A stretch of DNA of 64,000 nt from NCBI RefSeq assembly GCF_018977255.1, contig NW_024704742.1, positions 111,540,001 to 111,604,000 of the forward strand, read 5' to 3'. Shown one piece after another: positions 25,656-37,940 of this stretch. Source of the stretch: Callorhinchus milii. Lineage: Eukaryota. A program made the position numbers and the translations under genes. The notes beneath the pieces are model-generated. The model saw only the letters and a list, made by a program, of their open reading frames with translations, ran no database searches and was not told where the DNA came from. Each line of letters opens with the position of its first letter. The stretch's first letter is position 1.

Positions 25656-27475
25656 CAACACATATGTATTAGTATATTCATCTTACACATGTATTACCAC
25701 ATATAGAGTAAACACGACTGAAACATGTGTAACATACATATAATAGCACATATATGGTACACATGCACAAAATACACATGGCCAAGCATTCTGGATCTGG
25801 CACTTGGCATATGTAGTTAGTTTGATGATATTTATAGCACATTCAGATAGGTGTTTGGACATGTGACAATTCATAAGATCAGGGCACACATTTTCAGGTC
25901 ATATATTGTTATTACATCATACTTTTAATTCTTTTTTACTGATTGATGTAGAATGTAACCAACCAAAATGTCTGAAGGAATTCACTTCAGCTCCATATCT
26001 GTATAAACAATGTGATGATCAAATTCCTTGATTTTTCTTTTCTCATAAAACACAGAAACAGGAACCTTTATAGTTCTCAATCCTTTACATTTTACATTAA
26101 GATATTTATAATAATAATCCTTGCATTTGATATAATACTTTTCACGTCTTCTAGACATCTCAAAGTTCTTCACAGAATATACTGTAAAGTGAATAGACTG
26201 TGTATTTGGGGGTGAAATTTAGTACTATTTTCTAATAGATATGTTAGAAATTATGTGAGAGTCTGAAATTAATTTCTCCAAAGGGTTAAGGTGATTTAGC
26301 ATGGATGTTGGGACAGTGGTGCGTTCCTTATTTGTTCTACCTTTCACAGCAGGAGACTGGTCTGAGCAGGTATGTCTGAAGTCAAATCAGCCTAATTTAA
26401 TGGAAACATCTATTAGCACTGTCTCTCCAGGGGACAAAAAACACTACCTTTGGCAGGTAAAGTGCCTTTGCTCTCCTTATTATACTGCAGAAATATGTTG
26501 TATTCCCTTCAGTAAGTTGGGAAGAAATATGATCTTCAATGGATAAAAAAAAATTCTTACAGTGAATCTTATTCATGAAGCACAGAAACACCACAGTGTA
26601 AACAGATTAAATGAGAATAGATTATCTTGTCATAACCCAACATTTTCTTTAACAGAAATCAATAGCAGTGTCTCAAGCTCTGCCATATACAGTGCATACA
26701 TTTCCAGCTGATTAATTTATCACTGGCTCTACAGGCTAGATTTTTTTTGGTGAAATTAAGGATCGGCTACCCATTGTCCTCGGATGCCCAAGAAAAAAAT
26801 ATGTGAACATCTCAAGAGTACATGCAATTAAACCAGAGAGCTTAGCTGTGAAGTGTTAAATTGTAAAGGGACTCTTTGAAGTATGAAAGTGTCACTTTGT
26901 ATTCTTTAGAAATACAAACTAACATATTCTTGTCAGGAAAGTTTTTGTTGCAAAAATAGAAAAAGAGAGCAAAATAAAATGACAACAATCTAAATTTGTA
27001 TGATTTCTTGGTATAGGACATATTCAACATTGGTCTAGCAGTGCGTATTAACAGGTTGGCTTTCAAAGAATGTCACCCTGTTAATAATAGAGAATAAAAT
27101 GAGGTCATTTACCACTGAAGATAGTTTGTGTTGGCTTCAAACTGAACTGTCAAGGGTTGCTGTTCTCAGATCAGAAATTGCACATATTGCAATTCAGCCA
27201 CAGAGATGTACTCCTTTGTGCCGTCTGCATTATTTTTTTAACCCTTTCACAATAAACATGTTCTATTGCAATCATTTTATGTTTCATAGCAGACTTCATA
27301 CATGGAAAAAACAAAATGCAGATGTTCACAAAACAACAAGCAGTGCAGGAAGAGGGGGAAAATAATTATAATTGTACCTCCCCAGTCTCCAAAAACACAT
27401 TTTAGCTACCTGCAGTTTCTGACACTAGCTTTGCTCTGCTGCACATAAGCCTCATGTCTAATTTGTGGTATTTCT

Positions 27476-27695
27476 TACAGAAACAGGAATAGGCCATTCA
27501 GCCCCTCCAGCCTGTTCCGCCCGTCTATAAGATCATGGCTGATCTGTACTTCAAGTCCAATTACCTGCTCTTGCCCCATATCCATAATACCCTGACCTAA
27601 CAAATATCTATCCACCTCAGTCTTCAAAATATGAATAGATCCAGCATCCATAGCCTTTTGAGGGAGAGAGTTCCAGGTTTCTACTACTCTTTTTA
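27476..27695 (-). mobile_element. CR1 3' end
   Basis: RVVETWNSLPQKAMDAGSIHILKTEVDRYL; 3' UTR GGGGCTGAATGGCCTATTCCTG. Confidence 0.85.
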
Positions 27696-28409
27696 ACAGA
27701 TTACTTATTAATAAATATGTAACTAACATTTCTAAAACAATAAATGCTAAAGAATGCATTCAATGATGATTTAAAAAATTCAATAATCCATTTTTCCACA
27801 TATTTGATGTTCTAGAAAATTGATAATCCCACATTTGTTATTAAGAAATGAGTTGAGAAATTCTGCAAATTAGAACTATATATTCGAAAAGAGACAGGAG
27901 TAATCCCCCAGGTAAAATTGATGATTCATTTCATGACTATTTGAGGGGCATTGCGGTGTGCAAATTGGCTACTATGTTTACATACAAACTTTACAATCAC
28001 TATACATTACAGTAAATGTTGTGAAGTGCTTTGCGACGTTCTCCCAATGTGAAAGGTGCGATATCAAATGCAAGGATTATGAAGATTATTATTATAAAGG
28101 AAACTGGGGCTATTAATATGTTTACAATTCTTTTGTTTTCCTTCCTCAATATTCTCCTCCCTTTAAGACTGACTGAAGCTTAGGTATGGCTCCATGAGTG
28201 CCCCAGGACTCTTGTCTAAGTGTCTATTCTTCAAGTGAATCTAGACACTGAGTTGTGGCAGGTATCAGAACAGATCTTGATCCTGTCTTCAACCAGCATT
28301 TTCATCCAAATGCTTTGCAACAGGGACTCACTAGATCACAATTCGGAGGAGGATCCGAGACAGAATTTTTCCCCTTTCGAGTTATGGAGTCAGGAGGATA
28401 TTTTAAAGT

Positions 28410-28760
28410 GCATCACACAGAGAGCCCAGGGGGAGGGTGGGGAGAGCGGAACTGAGGGTGAGGTGGGGGGAGTGGGCATCAATCAAAAAAATGGGGAAGA
28501 GTGGGGAAGTTGAGGCAGATAGATTCCAGGGTAGGACTTTCAGACAGTGGAGCAGCAAGTCCGAAAGTTTGCTCACCAATAGTGGTGCAGATCAGGCAGG
28601 GAACATGGCTGAGAGGAAGGAGCAGTAAAGCAGAGTAGGACTGCTGGAAGTCACAGAGGTAGAGTGGAGGCACTGTGTGCAAAGGCATTGTGTGCGAGGT
28701 GAAGTGTTTGAATTTCATCCTACGGAGGAATAGGAGCCAGGGAAACTGAACGAGGATGGG
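28410..28760 (-). mobile_element. Old L2 3'-region relic
   Basis: G-rich plus strand. Minus strand resembles the LHWLP...FK and APxLWNSLP region of L2. Confidence 0.55.
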
Positions 28761-30379
28761 GTTGATTTCAAGCAATCCAAGACATCCTCCTAACATGAAG
28801 GGTGCTATATAAATGAAAATTATAAATTGTATGGTACTGTCTGAGCTTGCAGAGCCTGTTCCGGGAGAGGACACGGGCTGCAGGTAATGCATCACAGGCA
28901 AAACATCAAGTTGTGCATTTACCCTTTGAAATCATGTTAGTGTCATTTTTTTATTTTATTCATCCAATTTTCATAATCTTATTAGGAACTGTCATGGTAT
29001 CTAAGCTGTTTTATCAGATGGAGCATTAAATGCCAACATTAAAAAATAAACTAAAGGAAATTCCTTTGTAAATTTGAAAATTAGCTCTTGAGTTAATTGC
29101 TTAATATATTCACAGATTCATACAACTGTAAATTAATTCAGAATGATGGTTATTGGTTTTGAACAGATTTTTTAATTTTTAAATTAATTTCTAATTAATT
29201 GCATTTATTTATAAATTAATTTCTAATTTAAAAACATCAAATTGTGAATTTGTTCATATATTTAAACATTATGTTATGAATAAATGTAAGATTTTTTCTT
29301 CAGATTTAGGCCTGTGTTAGGAGAGTAGTTCACAAATATGCAACTTTTAAATGAACATTCTACTTTCATTTCAATGCTAATTTGAGCTTTCTAACAGTCC
29401 CATCTTCCATGCATGTATGTGGCGCTGCAGTAACAGATCTGTGACAAAAATAATGCAAATTCAATACACATGCATAAGTAATAGAACGTGTGTTTGAGAT
29501 TATACATTGAGATTGCACACACACTATTGTACATACAAAACATGACTGTAGGTGAAGGGACTTGAATCCTATTGCAACCTGTTTTTCTGGAATATCTTAG
29601 GTGGCTACTATGACTTGAAATTGAATCATTTTCATTGATGCACATTTAAATCTCTATGGCTAAGCATCTTGAAGTCATCATATGTAGAACTTTGCTATTA
29701 TATTTTCCTATTGACATTCACAAAGTTTACTGCAACTGATCCACTTGTCTCTTTGTGAGAATTTTAAAACACTCATTTCACTTATAAATAAAGCATTTTT
29801 AAAACTGGAAAATGACACTGGATCAAACATCATGGCATAACTGTACTTTTATCATGTTGTTAATGATACTAAATGCTTGCTAGCTACAAGAAATAATAAT
29901 AACTAATAATCTTTGCATTTTGATAAATGAGATGTCACAAAGTGCTTCACAGGATGTACTGTAAAGTGATGTGACTTTCTGTATTTTATGTTAACGAATA
30001 CATGTGATCTGTGCTTGAACACTCAAATGTTTAGAACATAATAACCATGTCAAACTCCAGCTCGTAGAGGGATAACAACAGTAACTTGTGATTTGCAGCG
30101 CCCTACATGCAGCATAGAGGCTCGATGTGCTGCTGACTGGAACAAAACAAACAAAACAAATCCTGAATGGCCTCAGTTTTTGTTCAGGATCTGCATTACT
30201 CTGTTAGAATAGTTCACAAGATCATAAGAGAAGTTTGGGTGAAGAAAGCTCTTTGGCCCATTTGATCTCTTCCTTCCAAAATGAGAACATTTCAGGAATA
30301 CTTTGGTCGCAAAAGGTCAGATGCAAAAATAAGACACACAATGACAAGAGTAGAATCAGACTGAGGCATTTGGCATTTT

Positions 30380-31116
30380 TGGGTCCACTGAGGTACAATA
30401 CGCAACCTAGGCGTCAGGTTCGACCCCCAATTATCCTTCCTCCCCCACATCCATTCCTTCACCAGCACCGCCTTCTTCCACCTCCAACGCATTGCCCGTC
30501 TCCGCCAATACCTCTCTCCGAAAGCCTCTGAAATCCTAGTCCATGCCTTTATCACCACTTGGCTGGACTATTCTAACACCCTCCACGCCGGACTTCCCTC
30601 CACTACCATCCATAAAATCCAGGTCATACAAAACTCTGCCACCTGCATTCTCACCCGTACCAAACTCCGCTCCCCGATCACCCCAGTCCTTGCCAGACTG
30701 CACTGGCTGCCTATCCCAGAGAGGATTGACTTCAAGATCCTCACCGTTGTATTCAAATCCCTTCATTCCTCTGCAGCCCCTACCTCTCTGACCTCGTCTC
30801 TCCTCAAAACAGTGCCCGTTGCCTTCATTCCTCCAGGTCTTCCCTCCTCCTCATCCCTGAGTCGTCCACACCACCCTCGGCAGCCGTGCCTTCAGCCACT
30901 ATGCCCCGAGGCTCTGGAACTCCCTTCCTCGCTCCCTTGACTCGCCCCCTCTCTTCCTATTTGCAAGTCCCTGCTGAAGACCTTTCTTTTCGACCGTGCC
31001 TTTGGTCACTTTCCTCCCCCTCCCCCTGGTTCGGCCCTGGGATCCGTTACTGTGAAGCGCTCTGAGACGCCGATCGGCGTGGAGGGCGCTATATAAATCC
31101 AAGTTGTTGTTGTTAT
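30380..31116 (+). mobile_element. L2 LINE, second subfamily, 5'-truncated
   Basis: LVHAFITTWLDYSN, LHWLPIPERIDFKIL; tail AGCGCTCTGAGACGCCGATCGGCGTGGAGGGCGCT followed by (TTG)n. Confidence 0.92.
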
Positions 31117-31477
31117 TCACTCAGAAGTATGCCTATTGATGGTATGACCAGTTTTTCAGGGTTAATCAAAGATCCTCTGGTGAAACAAAAGCTCTAATAT
31201 AGTTCACACTTCGCAAGCCATTACATGAGGAGCTACCGAGACATGTTCAAAAAAGTTATGTCCCATTTATTTTAGAACATCCAGAGCAAAGACTGCCAAC
31301 TGTCCAGTTTTCAGTCAAATACACAAATGTTCTCTCACAAACATTCCCACGGAATTTATTGTCAATACTGAAGATGACGTACTTTCACCAGAAAGGATCA
31401 GAGTACCGAGCTTTCTTAGAAAATTTTAAAGTATTCAGAGTTATGAAAAAGTCAATTATGCAGAATCCTCCTCAGTT

Positions 31478-31655
31478 GGTCTGAAAAACAAATGGCATGC
31501 TGTCTTAAATGCAGTCTTAATTTGGAAGCTGATTTTAAGGACTGTGGAATACGGGATTTCAAATTAAGACTGGATTCAAATATTTTCCCAAATCTGAACA
31601 ATATTGCATTTTACGACAATGCTCTTATTGCTAAGGCTATGAGATATTTCAGGCC
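31478..31655. repeat. Hairpin element possibly related to the 11067/17004 family
   Basis: Termini GGTCTGAAA and TTTCAGGCC; inner inverted repeat cagtcttaatttgga (31512) / ttcaaattaagactg (31558). Confidence 0.45.
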
Positions 31656-31680
31656 TCAATTTAATATTATTAACAAAGTA

Positions 31681-31972
31681 TTAGAGCTCGCCTAACACAC
31701 GAGAGACCTGGGTTCAGTTCCTGGCAAGGCGAAACCTTGGGCAAGTCTCCTTGGTCCACGTGCCTGATAATAATCCCTCAAGGAAAAAAAAGATAATAAT
31801 TTGATCACTCAATCCAAGACTGTTTGTGGGATACTGCTGTGTGCAATTGGCTGCCACATTTCGCCCACAAATACACAGCCAATTCACGTTACAGCAAATT
31901 CTGTGAAGCGCTTTGAGATGTCTTGAAGACATGAAAATTGCTTTATAAAATGCAAGGATTATTATTTTTATT
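31681..31972 (+). mobile_element. Young tRNA-derived SINE, short variant, head clipped
   Basis: gagagacctgggttc...ccttgggcaag...gtgaagcgctttgagatgtcttgaagacatg. Confidence 0.88.
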
Positions 31973-32104
31973 ATCTCAGTGTGTTAACGGGACAGTAAGC
32001 TTGGAATGTAGAAAAGGTAACACAGGCTTGAATAACTTGACAGAAATCCAGTTAAAATTGCTTAGTATTCAAGGAGGAAAACAGACAGATACAAAGTACT
32101 CATC

Positions 32105-32383
32105 CTTCAGCTGAGACCTTAAACTGGGGTCTGGTCCACCTGTCAGGTTGATGTTAAACTATTTAAAGAGACTAGGGAATTTCTCCCTGAGTAATGGTCA
32201 ATAATTCTCCAGATAAAATTGGTCATTCACTTTGTGGCTGTTTGAGCAACATTGCTCTGCACAAATTGGCTGCCAAGTTTGTCTACAAATAGTCACCATT
32301 TTGCATAGTAACAATCCTGTGAAACACTCATATTTTGAAACATAATAAGGCATTGTATCAAATGCAAAGATTATTATTATAAT
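32105..32383 (+). mobile_element. Old Deu-domain SINE fragment
   Basis: tgagaccttaaactgggg...caggttgatgttaa...aaattggctgcc, followed by the tail. Confidence 0.65.
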
Positions 32384-33399
32384 TACCAACATACCAGATA
32401 TTTCGTGAAGATAGGCAAATAACAGGGAAGCAGAGGGATGGCTGAATGCTGGATACACCAACAGTAGCTTGATAATTTAGTTTCTGGATGTTTTCTGGGG
32501 AGGTGATCAGGGAAGCAGATAATATATGTAAAATTCCTGGTGTAATAGATAATACCATAACCACAGCACCAGTTCCAGAACAGCCATTTTTCTTGTTGAT
32601 TTGTTAAGAAGTGATAAGGCTGCAGATGACACTCAGTGTTCTGGAAACTGAGTGCTAATTGCTGTTACAATAGCTTCCAATCTCGCATTGCATTTGCCCT
32701 TCACACAAAACACTCAAACCCTTAAAATAGTAAATTGTTCTAGCTGACTACTCTTGGCTTTTTTTGTTTCCCAATGGCATCAACTGATTCCTATAGGCTT
32801 TTACATAAGTGAGTCATATTTTGTTGGTCTTGGTGTCATTGCTTGCAGCCCCATGTCTCACTGTGGATATAATGAGGGAACTGCCCACAGAAGACTAACT
32901 GCAAATGTCTGACCACTGGGTAACTGTCATTTGCTTTTCCATTTCCTTGACATTAAGTGGTTTACCACAAACCTCCAGCATTCCTGCAGCCTCTGCATAC
33001 TTCCACCCATGCGTGAGTCACTTTCTGGTGGCTAGGTCTTGGCTATCAGTATACACACAAAGCAACAAATCTAGAGAGGTGGATAACTACTGTCATTTTT
33101 CATCACTTGAGTCTAATTTACAAACTGTTTTGTAAACAACATGCTGCTTGTTTTTCAGACCAACTTAGGGGGATTCTGCTTAAATTCTGATCTTCTACCA
33201 AGCACAAGGAACCTTCTGTATCTAAAATGCAGTTTCAATGAAATCATAATAGCTGTCAGTATCCAAAGAGTCAGTCTAAGAAACATCTGTGCACCTTCAG
33301 GATTTGCTATTTTTAAGAATCTCACAAATCTAATTTTGTCGTCTTTATCTTCACTATCTTTTTATGTGAGCAATGTAACATCATGGGAATGACAGCAAA

Positions 33400-33690
33400 G
33401 AGACCATTTCAGCCTTTGTTGATGCCAGCTTTTTAATGGAGTTGTACACCCTAATCATGTGTACCTGTTTTTTTCTAATAGCCTTTTACATGCTGTTGGA
33501 GTTTCTTTTTAAATGTTGTTATGGTCTTAGCTTCAATTGAAATTTGGGCCAAATCATGTCATATTCTGTTAATCCTCGAGGGTGAAACAATCTCTTCTAA
33601 TATTTTCCCTTAACATTTCCAATGATAATCCTGAACTTATTCTATCTTGTTACAAAGTACTAGTTGGGCCAACCAGTGGAGAACAATAAC
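33400..33690 (-). mobile_element. Old CR1 3' relic
   Basis: gaccatttcagcc...ccagtggagaaca pattern typical of an antisense CR1 3' region. Confidence 0.5.
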
Positions 33691-35461
33691 AATACAGTAA
33701 GTGATGGAAGTGCTGCCAGATAGGTTAGCTACTTGAACCCAAGCCATACAATTACTCATTGTCATCCATTTCATCCTCATTGTCCTGTGGGTGCACTAGA
33801 TTTCAGTGATGTATGCCTTCCGAGCTACAGTCTCACAGAGTCTGCACAGAACTGTACCTCTTTCCATCTTTCCACACAGCTAATCCCATAGAAAATACTG
33901 TCCGCATTGTCATGTCACACTGACTGTTAGCCAAACATCTGTACAAGATGGGTTTGGGGATTTCTGAACTTCTTGACTGTTATGGTCACTAACCAGATAG
34001 GGGTTTGTGCTAAAAAACTGAGGATGAATGTAGGAACCAAGCCTACTATAAACTAGCCACAAAGAAAAACAACTACTTTTGCGTACAGTTTCTATAGCCT
34101 GCATTGGCTAACTTTGTATCCCTCTTTAATATATGCTTTGGTATATGCTTTTAATATTAACATGTTCAAATATTTCTGCCATTTATCATAAAGAGGTGAA
34201 ATTTGCTGTTCAAAACACAATGTGAAGTTAAAAGCTGATGAAAATTAAATTCTCTCTGCTAATTAGAAGAGCCTTTTAAGATTATGTTCCAAAGTTGTAA
34301 GTGTTTACCTTGGGGCAAGATGAATATGAACCTTGTCACAATCTGGATAGTGTTTGCTTTTAATCATCATTATAAACACGTGTCACAATGATCCTTTCAT
34401 TCTTGAGATAACACTTACAAACCTTCAAGCATGATAATAACCATTTCATGATTGAATTCCCTCTGCAGCTCACAGTGTGCTGACTTATGTTCAGCATGTT
34501 TTAGATAGTTGATAAATTGCTTTGTGTTGATTATCCCACTGGAAATGTTGAATATAATAATAGACTAGATAGGAATCTCAATTGTCTTCAAATGTTAGAA
34601 ATATGTAAGAACAAACGTGTCAAATTAATTTAGTGTGAACCAAAAAACTTTGCTGTTTGCGCCTCCTGTGCTAACATTTTGCTTAATATTATATTACAAA
34701 AATACGCAGTCACTACACTTTACAATAAGTCATGCAAAACTCTTTGATATGGCCTTCTTATGTGAAAGGCACTAAACTGAATGCAAAGGCACCTGAGGAA
34801 GGTGGTGGGGGGGAATAACGTTAATTATGACAATTTGCTAGTGTACTTTGCTAACCTTACCTTGCTTGGGCAAGGGTTCAACTATAAACAGGTTTTCATA
34901 TCAACACTGTCTGATGTGTAAACTGCATTCCTCATGAACAGTCATTGTTCATATTTGACTAATGCATTATGGCCACCTTGTACATATTCCTGTAAACAGC
35001 AATATTGCTAAAATGGCTTGTATTGTTTGATGGTGTGCCAAAATGCATTTGTAAAGTATGGACAGGGACTTTACATGCAGAATCCAAAAATACTCAAAAT
35101 TTTACAGATTTATTCAAACTCGGTGATAGTCCTAAAAGCTGTCAGCAGTTGAATGTTTTGTGTGGGTATCATCAGCATTTGTAACATCTGGAGCTCGCAG
35201 TCTTTAAAATGATAGGATCAAGACCTTAAGTGGCTAAATTGGTGCTTTTAGTCCATGCGCACAACCCATTTAACACTGTACTAAAGGCAGATTAGAAATA
35301 ACAATTAGTCATTAACAAACATACATCTTTACATCAAAATCTACTATTTTGCCAAATAGTGATAAATTAGCAATGTAATTGTGATTTTATTTTTAACCCC
35401 CCCCCCCCATCATGGCGATATTAACTTTAACTTTATGAAGATGATAAACAGACTCCTACTG

Positions 35462-35782
35462 GAGTCCTGTAGCTCAGTGGTTAGAGTACTTGCTTTGCAA
35501 GTGAGAGACCTGGGTTCGATTCCCGGCAGGGTGAAGCCTTGGGCAAGTTTCCTTACTCCACATGCCTAATAATAATCCCTCAAGAAAAAAAACAATAATA
35601 AATTGGTCGGTTTGATCCATGACTGTTTGTGGAACACTGCTGTGCGCAAATGGCTGCCGCATTTCACCCACAAATATACAGTCAATTCACTTTACAGTCT
35701 ATTCTGTGAAGCGCTTTGAGACGTCTAGAAGACTTGAAAAGCGCTATATCAAATGCAAGGATTATTATTATTATTACTATTA
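35462..35782 (+). mobile_element. Young tRNA-Ala-derived SINE, full length, short variant
   Basis: A-box TAGCTCAGTGG, anticodon-like TTTGCAA, B-box GGTTCGATTCC, CCTTGGGCAAGT, Deu 3' part, tail ACGTCTAGAAGAC, (ATT)n. Confidence 0.95.
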
Positions 35783-36149
35783 CTTTCTTATGGCAAGAGA
35801 AGCAATTAGCAATCATCAAATAGCCAAATCCAGATTAGTGAGTCAATGGGTAGCTTCGAAAGTGTCTTGGTGTAAATCTGAGATGTCGCTAGCAAATGAT
35901 CAAAGTGACCACTGATAGGGAGAGGGATGACAACCTTTATTGTTATGTGTTATTGAATAACACAATGAATGGCAAAAGGCAACCGGACATCAATTTGTCG
36001 ATCTCCCAATATGATTAGCAATGGGAAGCAGAGATCATACAGGATAAAATTACACTTTGTGTTGGTGAATCTTCCAGTGGTTTTGACCTCTGACCTAGGA
36101 GGAAGAGCTGTCATCAATATAAGTGTCATTTTAGGCAACGGATGTTAAT

Positions 36150-36475
36150 TTTAGCACTCTCACTACTGGGTCAGAAGATTTAGGTTCAAACCCCACAATC
36201 GAACATGAGCTCACAGAGCCGACCAATATTGGGGGAGTGTGGCATTGTTGGAGTGTTATCCATTGAATGAGATATAAAATGAGGATCCATTTGACTGTTT
36301 AGATCCCATGAATCTATTAGAAAAGGCAAATCTCTCTTGGTGCTTTGTCCTTGGTGTTAATCTTCCATATTAATTGGCCATTTACCTCAGGCTGTTTTGG
36401 AGATCTTGCTGTGTGCAAACTGTTGCCCCTTTCACCTAGTAGTAATTGATTATCTGTGAAGTGTTTGGGAAATGT
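36150..36475 (+). mobile_element. Old Deu-domain SINE
   Basis: Head tagcactctcactactgggtcagaagatttaggttcaaaccccac; Deu motifs agatcccatg and gatcttgctgtgtgcaaa. Confidence 0.7.
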
Positions 36476-36765
36476 TCAATATTGCAGCATTAATGAAAAT
36501 GTATTAACATTATGCCATTATGTACTGCATAATTGGCATGGAGAACACCAACAACAACAACTTGCATTTATACAGCACTCTTCAAGCAGGGTAGCATCCT
36601 GGAACATTAGAAATTAAGTAAAAGGAAGGAAGGTAGGCAAGAAAGGCAGGCTATGGTAAGTGAAAATGAAAATAAAGAAGCATATTATGTATGACAAGCA
36701 GTTGATAAATAGTTGAGGAAAATAAATATAGTTTGATGATTTTTTCAAAACTAACAACACGTAAT

Positions 36766-37078
36766 TAATAATAATAATCCTTGCATTTGATATAGCGCTT
36801 TTCACGTCGGGAGGACGTCCCAAAGCGCTTCACAGAACACACTGTAAAGTGAATTGACTGTATATTTGTGGGCGAACGCGGCAGCCAATTGCACACAGCA
36901 ATGTCCCACAAACAGTCGTAGATTGAAAATGACCAATTTATTATTGTTTTTGGTTTTGGAGGGATTATTATTAGGCGTGTGGAGTAAGAAAACTTGCCCA
37001 AAGTTTTGCCCTGCCTGGAATTGAACTCAGGTCTCTCGCTTGCAAAACGAGTGCTCTAACCACTGAGCTACAGGACTC
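36766..37078 (-). mobile_element. Young SINE, short variant with L2-identical tail
   Basis: Near-identical to 14568-14891. Confidence 0.94.
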
Positions 37079-37734
37079 GATAATTATCCTCACGACACAA
37101 CTCTGATCATCTATTGATCCCCAAAAGAAAGTACTTTCATCCCTGCAGAGAGTACAATTTCCTTGTGATAAATATTCTACATTCAATAATTACTGTATCA
37201 TTATTGTAATGCTAATGAGAAGGAAATGAGAGATAATAATAATAATATGCTGGAGTGCAGATTTGGCTTCAGACTCGATATCTCACTTCTGGAGGAGTCA
37301 AAGTCTGTTGCCAAGCTCTGTCAGCCAGCCAGCCACCTTCCTCACAGCTATTCAGAATGACAGGCTACACTGGCAATAGAAAGCATGTTCTCGTGCTGCC
37401 AATACAATAACGTGACTGCCTGGCACACTCAGAAATGATTTTTGAAACCAAAAACCTGCATCCATATTATCATTTCTTAAACTTTCCAGACTCCTAGCTC
37501 CAGCAGTCAGCAGAGGTTTCACAGCAGACATCATGCAATCGACAGCTACTCTTCATTGCAACTGCTGCAAGCCTGCTGACATTTTATATTCTTCAAGGAT
37601 TAGTCAATTACGCTGCACAGTGTCTCTTACAATTTTCATAATTATCTTGCAGAAGAAAGGAAAGTAGTTTACACGATTGTCATTCATTAGTTCCTAGGGA
37701 GTTGAAAGGCATAGAAAGATTTTATCAGCACTGA

Positions 37735-37940
37735 ATGAAAACAGAAAATGCTCGAAATGTGCAGTGGGTCAATCAGCTTCTGAAAGAGAAAGACAGGTTA
37801 ATGCTTCGGGTGCGATCCTACATTCAGAGTTTTGACGAAATGTCGCACCCAAAACGTGAACCTTTCTCTCTTTTTCAGATGTTGATTGACTAGTTGTGCA
37901 TTTTAGGACTTATTTCAAATTTCTAACATTCACAGCTTTT
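37735..37940. mobile_element. Palindromic Penelope-like (pLTR-derived) repeat with hammerhead relics
   Basis: Arms gtcaatcagcttctgaaagagaaagacaggttaatgcttcgggtgcgat and gtcgcacccaaaacgtgaacctttctctctttttcagatgttgattgac around a centre at ~37829, with degenerate CTGANGA...GAAAC cores. Confidence 0.62.

Noticed and set aside
25660..25800. ACATRT-rich stretch
   Set aside because: Degenerate low-complexity sequence, not a repeat-spacer array.
15921..26456. Plus-strand exon-like segments (15921-15960, 17871-17924, 26350-26456)
   Set aside because: Splice-like flanks are present, but the three do not chain in one consistent frame and give no recognisable peptide. Treated as pseudo-exons pending RNA data.
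35462..35535. tRNA-Ala(TGC)-like gene
   Set aside because: It is the SINE head: it has no proper acceptor stem, runs directly into the SINE body, and is repeated many times in the window.
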